A DNA stretch of 64,000 nucleotides, from positions 73,274-137,273 of the forward strand of contig UQFY01000002.1 in the NCBI GenBank assembly GCA_900540385.1. The letters run 5' to 3'. Below are positions 17,465 to 27,702 of the stretch, piece by piece. The translations under genes were made by a program, and so were the position numbers. Each line of letters opens with the position of its first letter. Within the stretch, counting starts at the first letter, position 1. The DNA is from an uncultured Mollicutes bacterium. GTDB taxonomy: Bacteria; Bacillota_I; Bacilli_A; RFN20; CAG-826. Under the pieces are notes generated by a model. That model ran no database searches and had not been told where the DNA came from. It saw only the letters and a list, made by a program, of their open reading frames with translations.

Positions 17465-19786
17465 TTATTTTAGATAGACGATGGTGGCTCCTCCTCCACC
17501 TTCATGTCCATCCGCTCCTTCATAATGGTCAACGAAATCCTTGTGGTTATCGCAATAATTACGGGTCATTTTGCGTAAGATTCCACTTCCCCAGCCATGG
17601 ATAACACGAACACGTTTGTAATGTTTTAATAAGCAATCATCGAGATATTTCGCAAGATTTCTTTCGGCTTCTTCATAACGTTGACCAATGAGATTAATTT
17701 CAAGAGGAACACTTTTTTGAAATGGAAGGTTGTCTAAAGGAATGGTCGAAACAACTTCCTTTTTCTCCCTTTTTGGTTCTTCGACACGAATTGCTTTATC
17801 TTTGGCAACATGGAAAAAAACGCCTTCTGGAGTGATGATATCCATCTTGTTTCCCTTGATGTTTTGTATTTTTCCAGTCACAAAAAGGGATGGAACGTTC
17901 ACATAATCCCCTACTTTTAATTCCTCATTGTAGGTTTCTTCTTGGACGGTTTCTTGAAGATCGTCTAAATGTTTTTTGGCTTCAATGACTTCATGAAGTT
18001 TAACTTCTCCGCCGTTTTTCTCCAAGGCATGCATGATGTCATCGAGTTTTTCCTCATAGTCAGAAAGCATCTTCTTTTTCTTTAATTCGATGTCGCTAAG
18101 GAAATGTTCTTCTCTAAGACTAAGAGCCTTTTCTTTCGATTTTACGGCTTCTTTTTCTTTTTCGAGTTGCGCTTCTTTCTTTAAAAGTTCTGTTTTTAAA
18201 TCTTCCGTTTGTTTCGTTACTGCGGAAAGACGTTTAATCGTTTCTGTTACCGATAAGTCTTCTTGAGAATCGATGTTTTTCTTTGCTTCTTCTAGAATCT
18301 CTTCTGAAAGGCCGAAACGTTTGGCGACAACCAAACCATAGGATTCACCAGGTAAGCCCATCTTTAAACGATAGGTTGGCAACAGTCTTTCTTCATCGAA
18401 AAGCATAGAGGCGTTTGTAACTTCTTTGTGGGATAAAGCGTATGTTTTTAGCCCTTCAAAGTGAGATGAAATCATCGTTAAAGCGTGTTTTCTAAGCAAG
18501 AATTTCATGATGGATAAAGCAATTGCTTCCCCTTCTTTTGGAGAGGTGCCAGTGCCCACTTCATCAAGAAGAACCAAGTCTTTTCCTTGCACGATTTGTA
18601 AGATTTCTCCGATATTTTTCATATGTCCAGAGAAAGTAGAAAGATTATCGCTTAATGATTGAGAATCGCCTATATCTACAAAAATGTGACGGAAAAAGGA
18701 TAAGGACGAACCTTCTTTAACAGGAATTGCTAGGGCACATTGATTCATCATCACTAAGATTCCTAGCGTTTTTAAAGCAACCGTTTTACCACCGGCGTTT
18801 GGGCCAGAAATGATAACCAAGGAAGATTTATCACTAAGATGAAAATCATTAGGGACCACCTTATTTTTATCAATTAACGGATGCCTTGCGCCATATAAAT
18901 CAATAAGAGGGGTCTTGCTATAAGTTGGAATATGGCAATCGTTTTCTTCGGCAAGTTTGGCTTTTGCGGACAAGAAATCCAAATAGCCAATCATCTCGTT
19001 ATTTTCTAGAATGGCCTCGCTAGAACCCGCCACTTCTGAGGAGAGCTCAAGTAAAAGACGATGAATTTCCTCTCTTTCGTCATTTTGGAGTTCCATCATC
19101 TTATTGTTCATTTCAACAAGAAGTTCAGGCTCGATAAAAGTCGTTTCTCCTGTGTTGGAAACATCTTGAATGATGCCTTTTACCTTGTTTTTATAAGAAT
19201 TTTTGACAGGTAAAACATAATGCCCGTTCTTCAAAGTAAGGCTGTCATTACTTAAAAAAGAACGATTTTCGTCAAGAACATAGCCAAGTTTCTTTTTCAT
19301 CGTGCTTTCTAAACGACGAATGGCTTGGCGAATGGATTTTAATTTTGGTGAAGCGTTATCAAAAATCGTAAGGTCTGGGGCAATGATTTTATGAATATCC
19401 ACTTCAAGGAAATGTAAATGAGGGAAGTTTTCAACATATTCTAAAAGCAAAGGAGAGTCTGTTACTTTTTTGAAGAAAGATAAGATAGATTCGGTGTTTT
19501 TTACATCGTTTGCAACTCTTTCTAACTCTTCAACATTCAAACATCCGCCTTTTTTTGCCAAGGAAACAGGATCTTTTAAATCGCTAGAAACATCAATGGG
19601 GAGATTCCCATAACGGGCAACGAGATTTCTCGTCTCCTCCAAGAAATGAAGTTCTCTTTGCAAAAGATTCTCATCCGGAATCACGCTAAGAGATGCCGCT
19701 TTTTCTTTACCAATGTCGGTTTTTGCTAGCTTTTTAAGGGTTTGTCTTATTTTTTCAAATTCAAATTTTTCGTATACGTCTTGCAT
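17465..19786 (-). CDS. mutS2: endonuclease MutS2 (Smr domain)
   Basis: 773 aa with Walker A GPNAGGKT and C-terminal Smr (LIGQRYEEA...VIHGWGSG). Confidence 0.96.
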   Translation of the reverse strand: MQDVYEKFEFEKIRQTLKKLAKTDIGKEKAASLSVIPDENLLQRELHFLEETRNLVARYGNLPIDVSSDLKDPVSLAKKGGCLNVEELERVANDVKNTESILSFFKKVTDSPLLLEYVENFPHLHFLEVDIHKIIAPDLTIFDNASPKLKSIRQAIRRLESTMKKKLGYVLDENRSFLSNDSLTLKNGHYVLPVKNSYKNKVKGIIQDVSNTGETTFIEPELLVEMNNKMMELQNDEREEIHRLLLELSSEVAGSSEAILENNEMIGYLDFLSAKAKLAEENDCHIPTYSKTPLIDLYGARHPLIDKNKVVPNDFHLSDKSSLVIISGPNAGGKTVALKTLGILVMMNQCALAIPVKEGSSLSFFRHIFVDIGDSQSLSDNLSTFSGHMKNIGEILQIVQGKDLVLLDEVGTGTSPKEGEAIALSIMKFLLRKHALTMISSHFEGLKTYALSHKEVTNASMLFDEERLLPTYRLKMGLPGESYGLVVAKRFGLSEEILEEAKKNIDSQEDLSVTETIKRLSAVTKQTEDLKTELLKKEAQLEKEKEAVKSKEKALSLREEHFLSDIELKKKKMLSDYEEKLDDIMHALEKNGGEVKLHEVIEAKKHLDDLQETVQEETYNEELKVGDYVNVPSLFVTGKIQNIKGNKMDIITPEGVFFHVAKDKAIRVEEPKREKKEVVSTIPLDNLPFQKSVPLEINLIGQRYEEAERNLAKYLDDCLLKHYKRVRVIHGWGSGILRKMTRNYCDNHKDFVDHYEGADGHEGGGGATIVYLK

Positions 19787-19847
19787 AGCAAGAATTATAT
19801 CATTTTCTTTCGTGTCTAAAAAATGTCAGGAATGTTAAAATACTCGT

Positions 19848-20747
19848 ATGAATTCAAACGGAAGTAATACCATTTCCTTAACCATTTCTTCAAACGAAGA
19901 AAAAGAGATCCGCAAGGACTTCCTTTCTTACCAAACAGAAAACCCTAGCATGTATATCGCCTTTTTTGCTAAAAAGGAGGGCTTATCCGTTTCTATCTAT
20001 AAAGTAAACAAAAAAGGCAAGACCGTTGTTGTTTTTCAAGGCAATAATGCTCAAAAAGCAGCCCAAAAATATCAATCTTTAGAAAAGAGGGAACCCCTCT
20101 ATCAAAATCATTATCCTCAAATCGGTAGCGATGAAGTCGGAACAGGCGATTTTTTCGGCCCCGTGTGTGTTTGCGCCGCTTACTTAGAAGAAAAAAACCT
20201 ACCTCGCATCGAAGAATTAGGCATTACGGACTCCAAGAAGATGAACGATGAGTACATTCTCAAAATCGGTCTAACTTTGATTCAAGAGTTTGAGTATTCC
20301 CAATTATCCTTGCCCAATTCCCGTTTTAATGAGATACATGGGCAAATCAATATGAACGCCATCAAAGCCAAAATGCATAACCGTTGTTTGTTAAATCTCT
20401 ATGAGAAGCATCCATCAAGTTTTATCTATCAAGACCAATTTGCTGAACCTTCCTTGTATTTTTCTTACCTAAAAAACGAAGAAAAAGTTGTAAAAAACAT
20501 TATTTTCCACACCAAAGGAGAAAGCTTATTCCCTGCGGTTGCTTTAGGTAGTGTTATTGCTCGTTATTCTTTTTTAAGAAAAATAGAATGTATGAATGAG
20601 AAATACGGTCTTTCTTTTCCTTTGGGAGCAGGCAAAGACGTTGACTCTTTTATTCCTTATTTTGTCGATAAATTCGGAGAAAAAGAGCTTGGCAATGTAG
20701 CCAAGCTCTCATGGGCGAATTATAAGAAATGGAAAGAAACTCATTGA
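19848..20747 (+). CDS. rnhC: ribonuclease HIII
   Basis: 299 aa. N-terminal TBP-like domain plus RNase HII/HIII core (GSDEVGTGDFFGP, DSKK). Confidence 0.93.
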   Translation: MNSNGSNTISLTISSNEEKEIRKDFLSYQTENPSMYIAFFAKKEGLSVSIYKVNKKGKTVVVFQGNNAQKAAQKYQSLEKREPLYQNHYPQIGSDEVGTGDFFGPVCVCAAYLEEKNLPRIEELGITDSKKMNDEYILKIGLTLIQEFEYSQLSLPNSRFNEIHGQINMNAIKAKMHNRCLLNLYEKHPSSFIYQDQFAEPSLYFSYLKNEEKVVKNIIFHTKGESLFPAVALGSVIARYSFLRKIECMNEKYGLSFPLGAGKDVDSFIPYFVDKFGEKELGNVAKLSWANYKKWKETH

Positions 20748-21655
20748 ATTTCATGAAGTCTATCTAAGACTTCCTGGAATTCTTTAGGTAAAGGAGCCTT
20801 AAAAGTCACGAGTTCTTTTGTTCTAGGGTGACGGAAGGTTAATTGATAAGCGTGAAGGAGCTGTCCTTTATCGTAAAGTACGCAATTACCTCTTCCATAG
20901 AGAGGGTCGCCAATCACAGGATGATGAATATAATCCATGTGCACACGAATTTGATGGGTACGTCCGGTAAGAAGACGACAAGATATCAAAGAACAATTCT
21001 CATGATAACGTTTTAAGACATGGAAAAAGGTTACAGCCTCTTTTCCTTTTTGAACATTCACCGCGAACTTGATTGGACTTTTTGGATCACGCCCTAACGG
21101 AGCGTCAATCTTTCCATCATTTTCGTCAATGATACCATTCACAAGAGCAATATATTCTCTATGCATGGAATGGTCAGAAAGTTGACTTTTTAAATAAAGC
21201 TCTGCCTCATCGTTTTTAGCAATCGCTAATAACCCAGAGGTGTCTTTATCAATTCTATGGACCAAGCCAGGACGAATGGAATTGCCTTGATTAGGAAGAT
21301 TCTCCTCATGAAAAACGAGAGCGTTAGCGAGTGTTCCTTCTTCGTGACCGTTGCCTGGATGAACAACCAAACCGGCTGGTTTATTCACGACCAGGATATC
21401 CTCATCTTCATATATGATATCCAAAGGAATATTTTCACCCTTCAACTCTAGTGGTTTATTAGTATATTTTTTATAAGTTATAACATCGGCAAGTCTTAAG
21501 ATGTAATGCGACTTTTCTTGCTTATCATTCACAAAGACCTGTTTTTCTTTGATTAAAGTTTGAACCTTACTTCTAGAGGGCGCAATCCCCTGTTCAAAAA
21601 GGAACTCATCTAAGCGTCTTCCGACATCATTTTCACTTACTAAAATCTTATCCAT
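20741..21655 (-). CDS. rluD: 23S rRNA pseudouridine synthase RluD family
   Basis: S4 domain plus HRIDKDTSGL catalytic motif. Start set to ATG 21655 (MDKILVSE...) so that it follows the lspA stop. The 3' end overlaps rnhC by 7 nt. Confidence 0.93.
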   Translation of the reverse strand: MDKILVSENDVGRRLDEFLFEQGIAPSRSKVQTLIKEKQVFVNDKQEKSHYILRLADVITYKKYTNKPLELKGENIPLDIIYEDEDILVVNKPAGLVVHPGNGHEEGTLANALVFHEENLPNQGNSIRPGLVHRIDKDTSGLLAIAKNDEAELYLKSQLSDHSMHREYIALVNGIIDENDGKIDAPLGRDPKSPIKFAVNVQKGKEAVTFFHVLKRYHENCSLISCRLLTGRTHQIRVHMDYIHHPVIGDPLYGRGNCVLYDKGQLLHAYQLTFRHPRTKELVTFKAPLPKEFQEVLDRLHEIQ

Positions 21656-21662
21656 AAAACCT

Positions 21663-22283
21663 CTATTTTTTCTGCACTGCTTCTTTAATTGAACGAACGA
21701 TGATGAGGACAATTAACATAATCATTGCGACCACTAAAGCAGCGTCCGCGACATTGAATATAGCAAAGGAATTGTTATTAAACCCAAAGATGTAGAACTG
21801 GAAGAAGTCCACTACACCCGAGAAACCTGTGACACCTTCCCAATAGAATGTTCGATCAATGGCATTCCCGAGAGCACCACCCAACGCAAGCATTAAAATG
21901 CAGTCAATCAAATGGTCATTTTTATTAAGGTTTTTATACCAATAATAGATAATTCCAGCTGAAGCTAGCCAAGAAACGACGATAAAGACATATCTCATCC
22001 AGGTGACCTCGCTCCCCATTCCGAAGGATGAACCTTTATTAAAGGAAAGAGTGAGATAGAAGAAATGAGGAATTACTTCGATGGAATTCGTGCTTATATG
22101 GGGGTTTTCCTTGACGTTAGGGTTTGCCCTAAAGAAATTCACAACCCCCCACTTACTCGCTAAATCCACCACTATCACAAGGGCGGCAATCCAAAGAAAA
22201 GAAAGAAGGAAGCTCCTCCAAGTCCAGACGAACTTCTTTTCTTTCTTGATAGTTTCTTCTTTTGCCACGTTCTTTTCTTCCAT
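21663..22283 (-). CDS. lspA: lipoprotein signal peptidase II
   Basis: Conserved NKGSSFG and FNVADA motifs, four TM segments. ATG 22283..22281 overlaps the ileS TAA by 1 nt (TAATG). ileS-lspA-rluD is the classic order. Confidence 0.92.
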   Translation of the reverse strand: MEEKNVAKEETIKKEKKFVWTWRSFLLSFLWIAALVIVVDLASKWGVVNFFRANPNVKENPHISTNSIEVIPHFFYLTLSFNKGSSFGMGSEVTWMRYVFIVVSWLASAGIIYYWYKNLNKNDHLIDCILMLALGGALGNAIDRTFYWEGVTGFSGVVDFFQFYIFGFNNNSFAIFNVADAALVVAMIMLIVLIIVRSIKEAVQKK

Positions 22284-25018
22284 TATTCTTCTCCTAAAGC
22301 GGCAAGGCAACGTGAGCAAAGCACAGAACCGTTTTCACGCATGACAGCGTCTTTTTTATGGTTTCTGCATCTTTCGCACACAGGGTCATCATCTTTTTCG
22401 ATCACAGCCTTCGTTTCGCCTTCAGTGATATTTGCTTCAGAAACACCGAATAAACGCGCAATTTCGTTATCATCAAGTTTCTTTAAAACATTGAAGAGAG
22501 TTTCGTTATTAGTAAAGACTTCCGCTTTCGCTTCGGTTGAAGAACCGATGACTCCAGAAGCACGTTTTTCTTCCAAAGCTTTCAAAACAATTGACCTTAA
22601 AGCGATGAAATCATCGTATTCTTTTAAGGTTTCCTCGCTATATTCATGGCTTTCTTTTGGCATGTCCTCTAATTGAGGAGATGCTTTCTTAACGCCAGGA
22701 ATAAAGGAATAGACTTCATCCATGGTGAAGGAAAGTATTGGGTTAAAGAGCAAGCACATTTCAAAGCTGAGTTTATAAAGAACGTATTGCACAGCTTTTC
22801 TTCTTGTAGAAAGAGCATCTTCGCAATAAAGAATGTCTTTTGCATAGTCTAAGTAGAAATTTGATAATTCAACCAAGAAGTTGGTTAAAGACATCGTTAC
22901 GGAAGCGAAGGAGAAATTGTCATAATCTCTAAGCGTTTTATTCTTTACGGCCTCAAATTTCGCTAAAACCCACTTATCAGCTGGATATAGTTCTGGTTCC
23001 TCTTTTGGCTGGATATATGGTCTATCTTCACCATCTTGGAGGTTTCCAAGCATGAACTTGAAGGTGTTTCTGATCTTACGGTATTGTTCGGATACGCTTT
23101 GAATGATGCTTTCGGAAATACGGACATCAGCGACATAGTTGACGCTTGCTGCCCATAAACGGAGGATATCCGCGCCAAATTGGTTTGCAACCTTGCTAGG
23201 ATCAATGCCATTTCCCGCGGATTTAGACATCTTGTTCCAGTTTTCATCCATAACCCAACCATGAGTTAAAGTCTCTTTATAAGGGGCACAGCCATTATAA
23301 GCAACGCTAAGAATCAAAGAAGAGTTAAACCATCCACGATATTGGTCATTTCCTTCCAAATAGAGATCAGCAGGGAATTTTAATCCTCTTTCTTGAACGG
23401 TTCCTGCCCAGGAAGTTCCCGAATCAAACCAAACATCCATGATGTCGGTTTCCTTACGGAAATTGCCATTTGGTGAGGCTTTAGAGGTATATCCTTCAGG
23501 AAGAAGCTCTTTTGCACTGTATTTCCACCAGGCATTAGAGCCTTCTTTTGCGATTAAATCGTGAATATGAGCAAAGACTTCTTTCTCAATGATTGGAGAG
23601 CCATCTTCGTTATAGATAATCGGAATTGGAACACCCCAGGCTCTTTGTCTTGAAATGCACCAATCGCCACGGTCTTTAATCATGTTGACCATCTTTTCTT
23701 CGCCCCAAGCAGGATTCCATTTCACTTCACGGACCGCATCGATCAATTCTTGACGGATGGATTCGATGGAGAAGAACCATTGTGGGGTAACACGGAAGAT
23801 AATCGGTTTATGGGTGCGCCAATCATGTGGGTAAGAGTGAATGATGTCCACTTCTTTGAGCATATGGCCATTTTCTTTCAATAAATCACAGACTTTATCG
23901 TTTGCATCCTGATAGAAAAGTCCATCGCATGGATCTCCTTCTCCAAGATGCATAATGCCCTTGTCATCGACTTGTTTTAAAGGGCCGATGCCATATTTTG
24001 CACAAGCATTAAAGTCATCCACGCCAAAATCCGGAGCGGTATGAACGCATCCTGTACCATCGCTATCCGTGACAAAGGAAGCAACGATAATCAAGGATGT
24101 ACGGTCCTTATACAATGGGTGACGAACGGTAGCGTATTCCAATTCTTGCCCTTTGAAAGATTTGATTAAATCGCATTTTTCAAAGCCTAGTTCTTCTTTG
24201 ATTTTTCCTTCAAGGCTTCTTAAGAAGACGAATTGTCCTTTTTCGGTTTGGAATAAGCCATATTCAAAACGAGGGTTCAAAGTGATGGCTTGATCTCCAG
24301 GAATTGTCCATGGAGTGGTTGTCCAAGCAATGATTTTTGCATCATTTGGTACAACGCCTTTTCCATCGATGAAATCAAAATAAATATAAAGCGTTCTTGC
24401 TGGAACATCAGCGTATTCGACTTCCGCTTCAGCTAAAGCGGATTCGCTCGATGGCGACCAATAAACCGGCTTCAATCCTTTATAAATGAGTCCTTTTAAA
24501 GCCATTTTGGCGAAAACATCAATTTGATGCGCTTCGTATTCTGGTAAAAGGGTAAGGTATGGATGATCATAGTCGCCTAAACAGCCTAAACGTCTAATTT
24601 GTCCTTTTTGATGCTCGACTTGTTTTAAAGCGTATTCTTTACAAAGGTTTCTAAAATCAACAACTGGCGTAGTTTTACGGTTTACTCCACTTTTTGTGAC
24701 CTTTACTTCAATTGGAAGACCATGGGTATCCCAGCCGAAAATGAAAGGGGTTTTGTATCCTTCCATATTTTTGAAACGGATGATGAAATCCTTCAAAAGA
24801 CGGTTAAGCATATGGCCGCAATGGATGTCGCCATTGGCATATGGAGGGCCATCATGAAGAAGATATTCATCGCAGCCATCGCGGTTTTCATTCATTTTTT
24901 CGTAAAGATGCATATCTTCCCAATGGCTAAGCATCTTTGGTTCCTTGTTAATGAGGTTGGCTCTCATTTCGAAGCCAGTACGTGGCATTAACAGGGTCTT
25001 TTTCATTTCATTTCCCAT
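22283..25018 (-). CDS. ileS: isoleucine--tRNA ligase
   Basis: HIGH (GDIHCGHM), KMSKS, and a C-terminal Zn finger CERC...CSRC. Start at ATG 25018 (MGNEMKKTLLMPRTGFEMRANL), 5 nt after SD AAAGGAG. The track ORF begins at an upstream TTG. Confidence 0.97.
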   Translation of the reverse strand: MGNEMKKTLLMPRTGFEMRANLINKEPKMLSHWEDMHLYEKMNENRDGCDEYLLHDGPPYANGDIHCGHMLNRLLKDFIIRFKNMEGYKTPFIFGWDTHGLPIEVKVTKSGVNRKTTPVVDFRNLCKEYALKQVEHQKGQIRRLGCLGDYDHPYLTLLPEYEAHQIDVFAKMALKGLIYKGLKPVYWSPSSESALAEAEVEYADVPARTLYIYFDFIDGKGVVPNDAKIIAWTTTPWTIPGDQAITLNPRFEYGLFQTEKGQFVFLRSLEGKIKEELGFEKCDLIKSFKGQELEYATVRHPLYKDRTSLIIVASFVTDSDGTGCVHTAPDFGVDDFNACAKYGIGPLKQVDDKGIMHLGEGDPCDGLFYQDANDKVCDLLKENGHMLKEVDIIHSYPHDWRTHKPIIFRVTPQWFFSIESIRQELIDAVREVKWNPAWGEEKMVNMIKDRGDWCISRQRAWGVPIPIIYNEDGSPIIEKEVFAHIHDLIAKEGSNAWWKYSAKELLPEGYTSKASPNGNFRKETDIMDVWFDSGTSWAGTVQERGLKFPADLYLEGNDQYRGWFNSSLILSVAYNGCAPYKETLTHGWVMDENWNKMSKSAGNGIDPSKVANQFGADILRLWAASVNYVADVRISESIIQSVSEQYRKIRNTFKFMLGNLQDGEDRPYIQPKEEPELYPADKWVLAKFEAVKNKTLRDYDNFSFASVTMSLTNFLVELSNFYLDYAKDILYCEDALSTRRKAVQYVLYKLSFEMCLLFNPILSFTMDEVYSFIPGVKKASPQLEDMPKESHEYSEETLKEYDDFIALRSIVLKALEEKRASGVIGSSTEAKAEVFTNNETLFNVLKKLDDNEIARLFGVSEANITEGETKAVIEKDDDPVCERCRNHKKDAVMRENGSVLCSRCLAALGEE

Positions 25019-25032
25019 TTTTTCTCCTTTGG

Positions 25033-25243
25033 GCAAAAAGAAAACGCCCCCTAAGGGCGCTATTTGCGCGGTACCACCTTAGTTCGGATATACATCCGCT
25101 CTCGAGACACTTGTAACGTAAGTTTTGCGTCTTCCTTACATCTCTTCAGGAAGAAGGCTACCATAGTGATGGATGTTTAGCTTGCCCCGTTCTCATCCAA
25201 GGGGCTCTCTGTCATTTGCCGTGATCGCTCTATGATCTTCGCC
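25033..25243 (-). promoter_or_regulatory. T-box riboswitch leader (Ile) with terminator; promoter TTGAAA-N17-TATATT at 25278..25250
   Basis: Minus-strand elements: AAGGTGGTACCGCG T-box; terminator CGCCC-TTAGG-GGGCG plus TTTTCTTTTT; stem I with GA motif GGC-GAAG, AG bulge AGAGAG and distal hairpin GCCCC...GGGGC. The specifier is AUC-A, directly 5' of the lower-helix strand CUAUGGU (AUC = 25170..25168). Confidence 0.85.
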
Positions 25244-25280
25244 GAGACAAATATAGTTGATTCCCCTTCTCTTTTCAACA

Positions 25281-25311
25281 AAATTGAAAAAAGCCTTCTA
25301 TAAAGAAGGCC
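25281..25311 (-). terminator. intrinsic terminator of ftsZ
   Basis: Minus strand: GGCCTTCT-TTAT-AGAAGGCT followed by TTTTTCAATTTT. Confidence 0.8.
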
Positions 25312-25331
25312 GAAAAATGATTTTTTTCTAT

Positions 25332-26477
25332 TTATTCGTGATCGAAATGAGGACGTAAGGTATCACTCAAATCAATATCAGGACCATATTCGTTAGAAGA
25401 ATCTGTTTTTGAAGAATCTGGAACGGTGCTTTCCATATTCGAAAGAGGGTTGATAATTGGTCCATCATCTGGAGCTGAAATAAAGTCACGATCCCCATCA
25501 AAATCCGAAGCAATGACGCTCACGACGAGAGAATCTTCGAGATTTGGGTTAATGGAAACGCCGAATTTCATATCCGTGATGCCACCCGCTTCCTCAACGA
25601 TTTTCATCGCACATTTCTGTGCTTCATACATTGTAACTTGTGGTCCACAAGTAACGGCGCAAATAGCACGCTTAGCGCCTTGAACCTTTGCTTCCAAAAG
25701 TGGAGAGTTAATCGCATTTAAAGCGGCTTCTTCCGCTTTGTTCGGGCCTTTTCCCATGCCAAAGCCAATCAAAGCGACACCCGAATCCTTTAAGGTGGAC
25801 TTCACGTCAGCGAAATCAAGATTCATCATCGCTGGGACCAAAATAAGGTCAGCAACCGTTTTCACCGATTGAGCCAAAATGTGATCCGATTCTTGGAAGG
25901 CTTGATCGATTGGAGCTCCACCAGATGAAGTAAGAAGCTTATCATTCGAAACAATAATGATGGAATCGACGACATTTTTAAGGTTTGTTAAACCTTGAAT
26001 GGCGTTTTCTGTACGCTGTTTTCCTTCAAAGGTGAAAGGTCTTGTGACGATAGCGACAGTTAAGGCACCAGAATCTTTCGCGATTTTAGCAACTACCGGA
26101 GCAGCACCCGTGCCAGTTCCTTTTCCCATGCCGGCAGCAATAAAGACCATATCCGCTCCAGCAACCACTTTTTTAATGGTTTCTATGGATTGCTCTGCGG
26201 CCATTTTTCCTACCGATGGATCTCCTCCAGCGCCAAGGCCTTTGGTGGTTTGTTTGCCTAAAATAACACGATTTGGCGCTTTAGATGAAGCCAAAGCTTG
26301 TCTATCGGTGTTCATGACATAGAAATCTACGTTTTGAATATTGTCATCAATCATACGATTGACGGCGTTATTTCCTGCTCCACCAATGCCAATGACGACA
26401 ATTTTAGCAACAGGCTCAAAACTATCTAAATCATCACTATTGATGTCATTATCGAAATTATCTAATTCCTCATCCAT
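25332..26477 (-). CDS. ftsZ: cell-division GTPase FtsZ
   Basis: 381 aa with the GGGTGTG tubulin signature and NTDRQAL. Confidence 0.98.
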   Translation of the reverse strand: MDEELDNFDNDINSDDLDSFEPVAKIVVIGIGGAGNNAVNRMIDDNIQNVDFYVMNTDRQALASSKAPNRVILGKQTTKGLGAGGDPSVGKMAAEQSIETIKKVVAGADMVFIAAGMGKGTGTGAAPVVAKIAKDSGALTVAIVTRPFTFEGKQRTENAIQGLTNLKNVVDSIIIVSNDKLLTSSGGAPIDQAFQESDHILAQSVKTVADLILVPAMMNLDFADVKSTLKDSGVALIGFGMGKGPNKAEEAALNAINSPLLEAKVQGAKRAICAVTCGPQVTMYEAQKCAMKIVEEAGGITDMKFGVSINPNLEDSLVVSVIASDFDGDRDFISAPDDGPIINPLSNMESTVPDSSKTDSSNEYGPDIDLSDTLRPHFDHE

Positions 26478-26491
26478 AATGGTCTCCTCTT

Positions 26492-27697
26492 TTATTCTCT
26501 ACGAAGTGATGAGACGCCACGGCAATTCTCAATCAAATTCGATTTTTTAATTTTTCCTTCCGCCACAATCATGCCTAAGACATTCGTCGCAGACGCTTCC
26601 CTTCCACCAATAACGTTAGGAAGGTAAGCGAACATTTTACGGGTGCCAAAGTTAGGAGCAAGCAAATTTCCAATTCCTTTTAAACGACTTCCTCCGCCGG
26701 TTAGAAGAATAGGATATGTGCCGTATTCTTGCCCATTTGAGGCGTTTAATTGTTTTAAAGCCACATCCAAGTAATTGTGGAATTCATTAAAATAGTCTTC
26801 AATTACACGGTTAACGTCTTTTTGATGAATCTTGATTTTAATCCCATTTTCATTTGTTCCCGTATAAAGAGGGGTTTCAAATTGATGGGCGTTAAGGTCG
26901 TAGCCGAATTTTTCTTTAATGGAATTAGCCTCTTCTAAAGGAATGCTTAATTCTTTCGATATTTTCTCGCTTAAAGAAGCTCCCCCAATCTTGATGAAAC
27001 GTGAAGAATAGGGTTCACCTTTACCAATAAAAGAGACAGTTGTTAAATCCGCGCCCATGTCAAAAAGGACGTAGGATTCTGGATATCCTGGAGTAAGTTT
27101 GATAAGTTGTGAGGCGCAATAAGAGGCGACCCCGCTCCTTAAAACACGGAAACCAGCATCTTGCATCACTTGGCTAAAATCCGTAAGTAAATCCTGTGGA
27201 AGAGTATAAACTTTTGCTCTAATCGTAAGGGTTTCGCTTTTTACACCTAGAGGTGGTTCTTTAAACGCCTGGCGATTGGCAACATAGTAATTCGGAACGA
27301 CATCAACGATCGTATTTCCTTGTTCTACAACTTGCTTGTAGATAAGGGACATCACGTTCTCCACGTCCACTGGAGCGATAGCGTCATCCGAGGCGACAAC
27401 ACGAGAAGCCTTATCGCATTGGAAGACTTTAAAGCCCAAAGAAGGCAAGACTAAGGAAACCGCATTCGGTTCCGCTTTGAAATCTAAAGGCGCATCGGAA
27501 ATGTTATGGAATTCGTTTAACGCTTCCACAAGCTTATCGTGATTAACAATTCGTCCGAAAGAAACAATGCCATGTATTGGTTTTTTCTTGTAATAGAGCA
27601 AATGTGGCACGTTGTTAGAAACGTAACCAACTGCATATTTGATATAGGAGGAAGTTATCTCCAAAGCACGTGAATAACGAACATTTTCCATAAGCAT
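26492..27697 (-). CDS. ftsA: cell-division protein FtsA
   Basis: 401 aa, actin-like ATPase fold (DMGADLTTVS, LTGGGSRLKGI). Directly upstream of ftsZ. Confidence 0.9.
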   Translation of the reverse strand: MLMENVRYSRALEITSSYIKYAVGYVSNNVPHLLYYKKKPIHGIVSFGRIVNHDKLVEALNEFHNISDAPLDFKAEPNAVSLVLPSLGFKVFQCDKASRVVASDDAIAPVDVENVMSLIYKQVVEQGNTIVDVVPNYYVANRQAFKEPPLGVKSETLTIRAKVYTLPQDLLTDFSQVMQDAGFRVLRSGVASYCASQLIKLTPGYPESYVLFDMGADLTTVSFIGKGEPYSSRFIKIGGASLSEKISKELSIPLEEANSIKEKFGYDLNAHQFETPLYTGTNENGIKIKIHQKDVNRVIEDYFNEFHNYLDVALKQLNASNGQEYGTYPILLTGGGSRLKGIGNLLAPNFGTRKMFAYLPNVIGGREASATNVLGMIVAEGKIKKSNLIENCRGVSSLRRE

Positions 27698-27702
27698 ATT
27701 CT

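Noticed and set aside
25234-25236. ATC in the context GAAG-ATC-A of the Ile leader, first taken as the specifier. An apparent shared AAG-codon motif across the three leaders came with it.
   Set aside because: Folding shows this ATC is in the 5' strand of the lower stem I helix (ATCATAG pairs with CTATGGT), next to the GA/K-turn motif. The specifier must be on the 3' side, which places it at AUC 25170..25168. For the same reason, GUG at 4339..4337 was dropped in favour of GUC in the Val leader.
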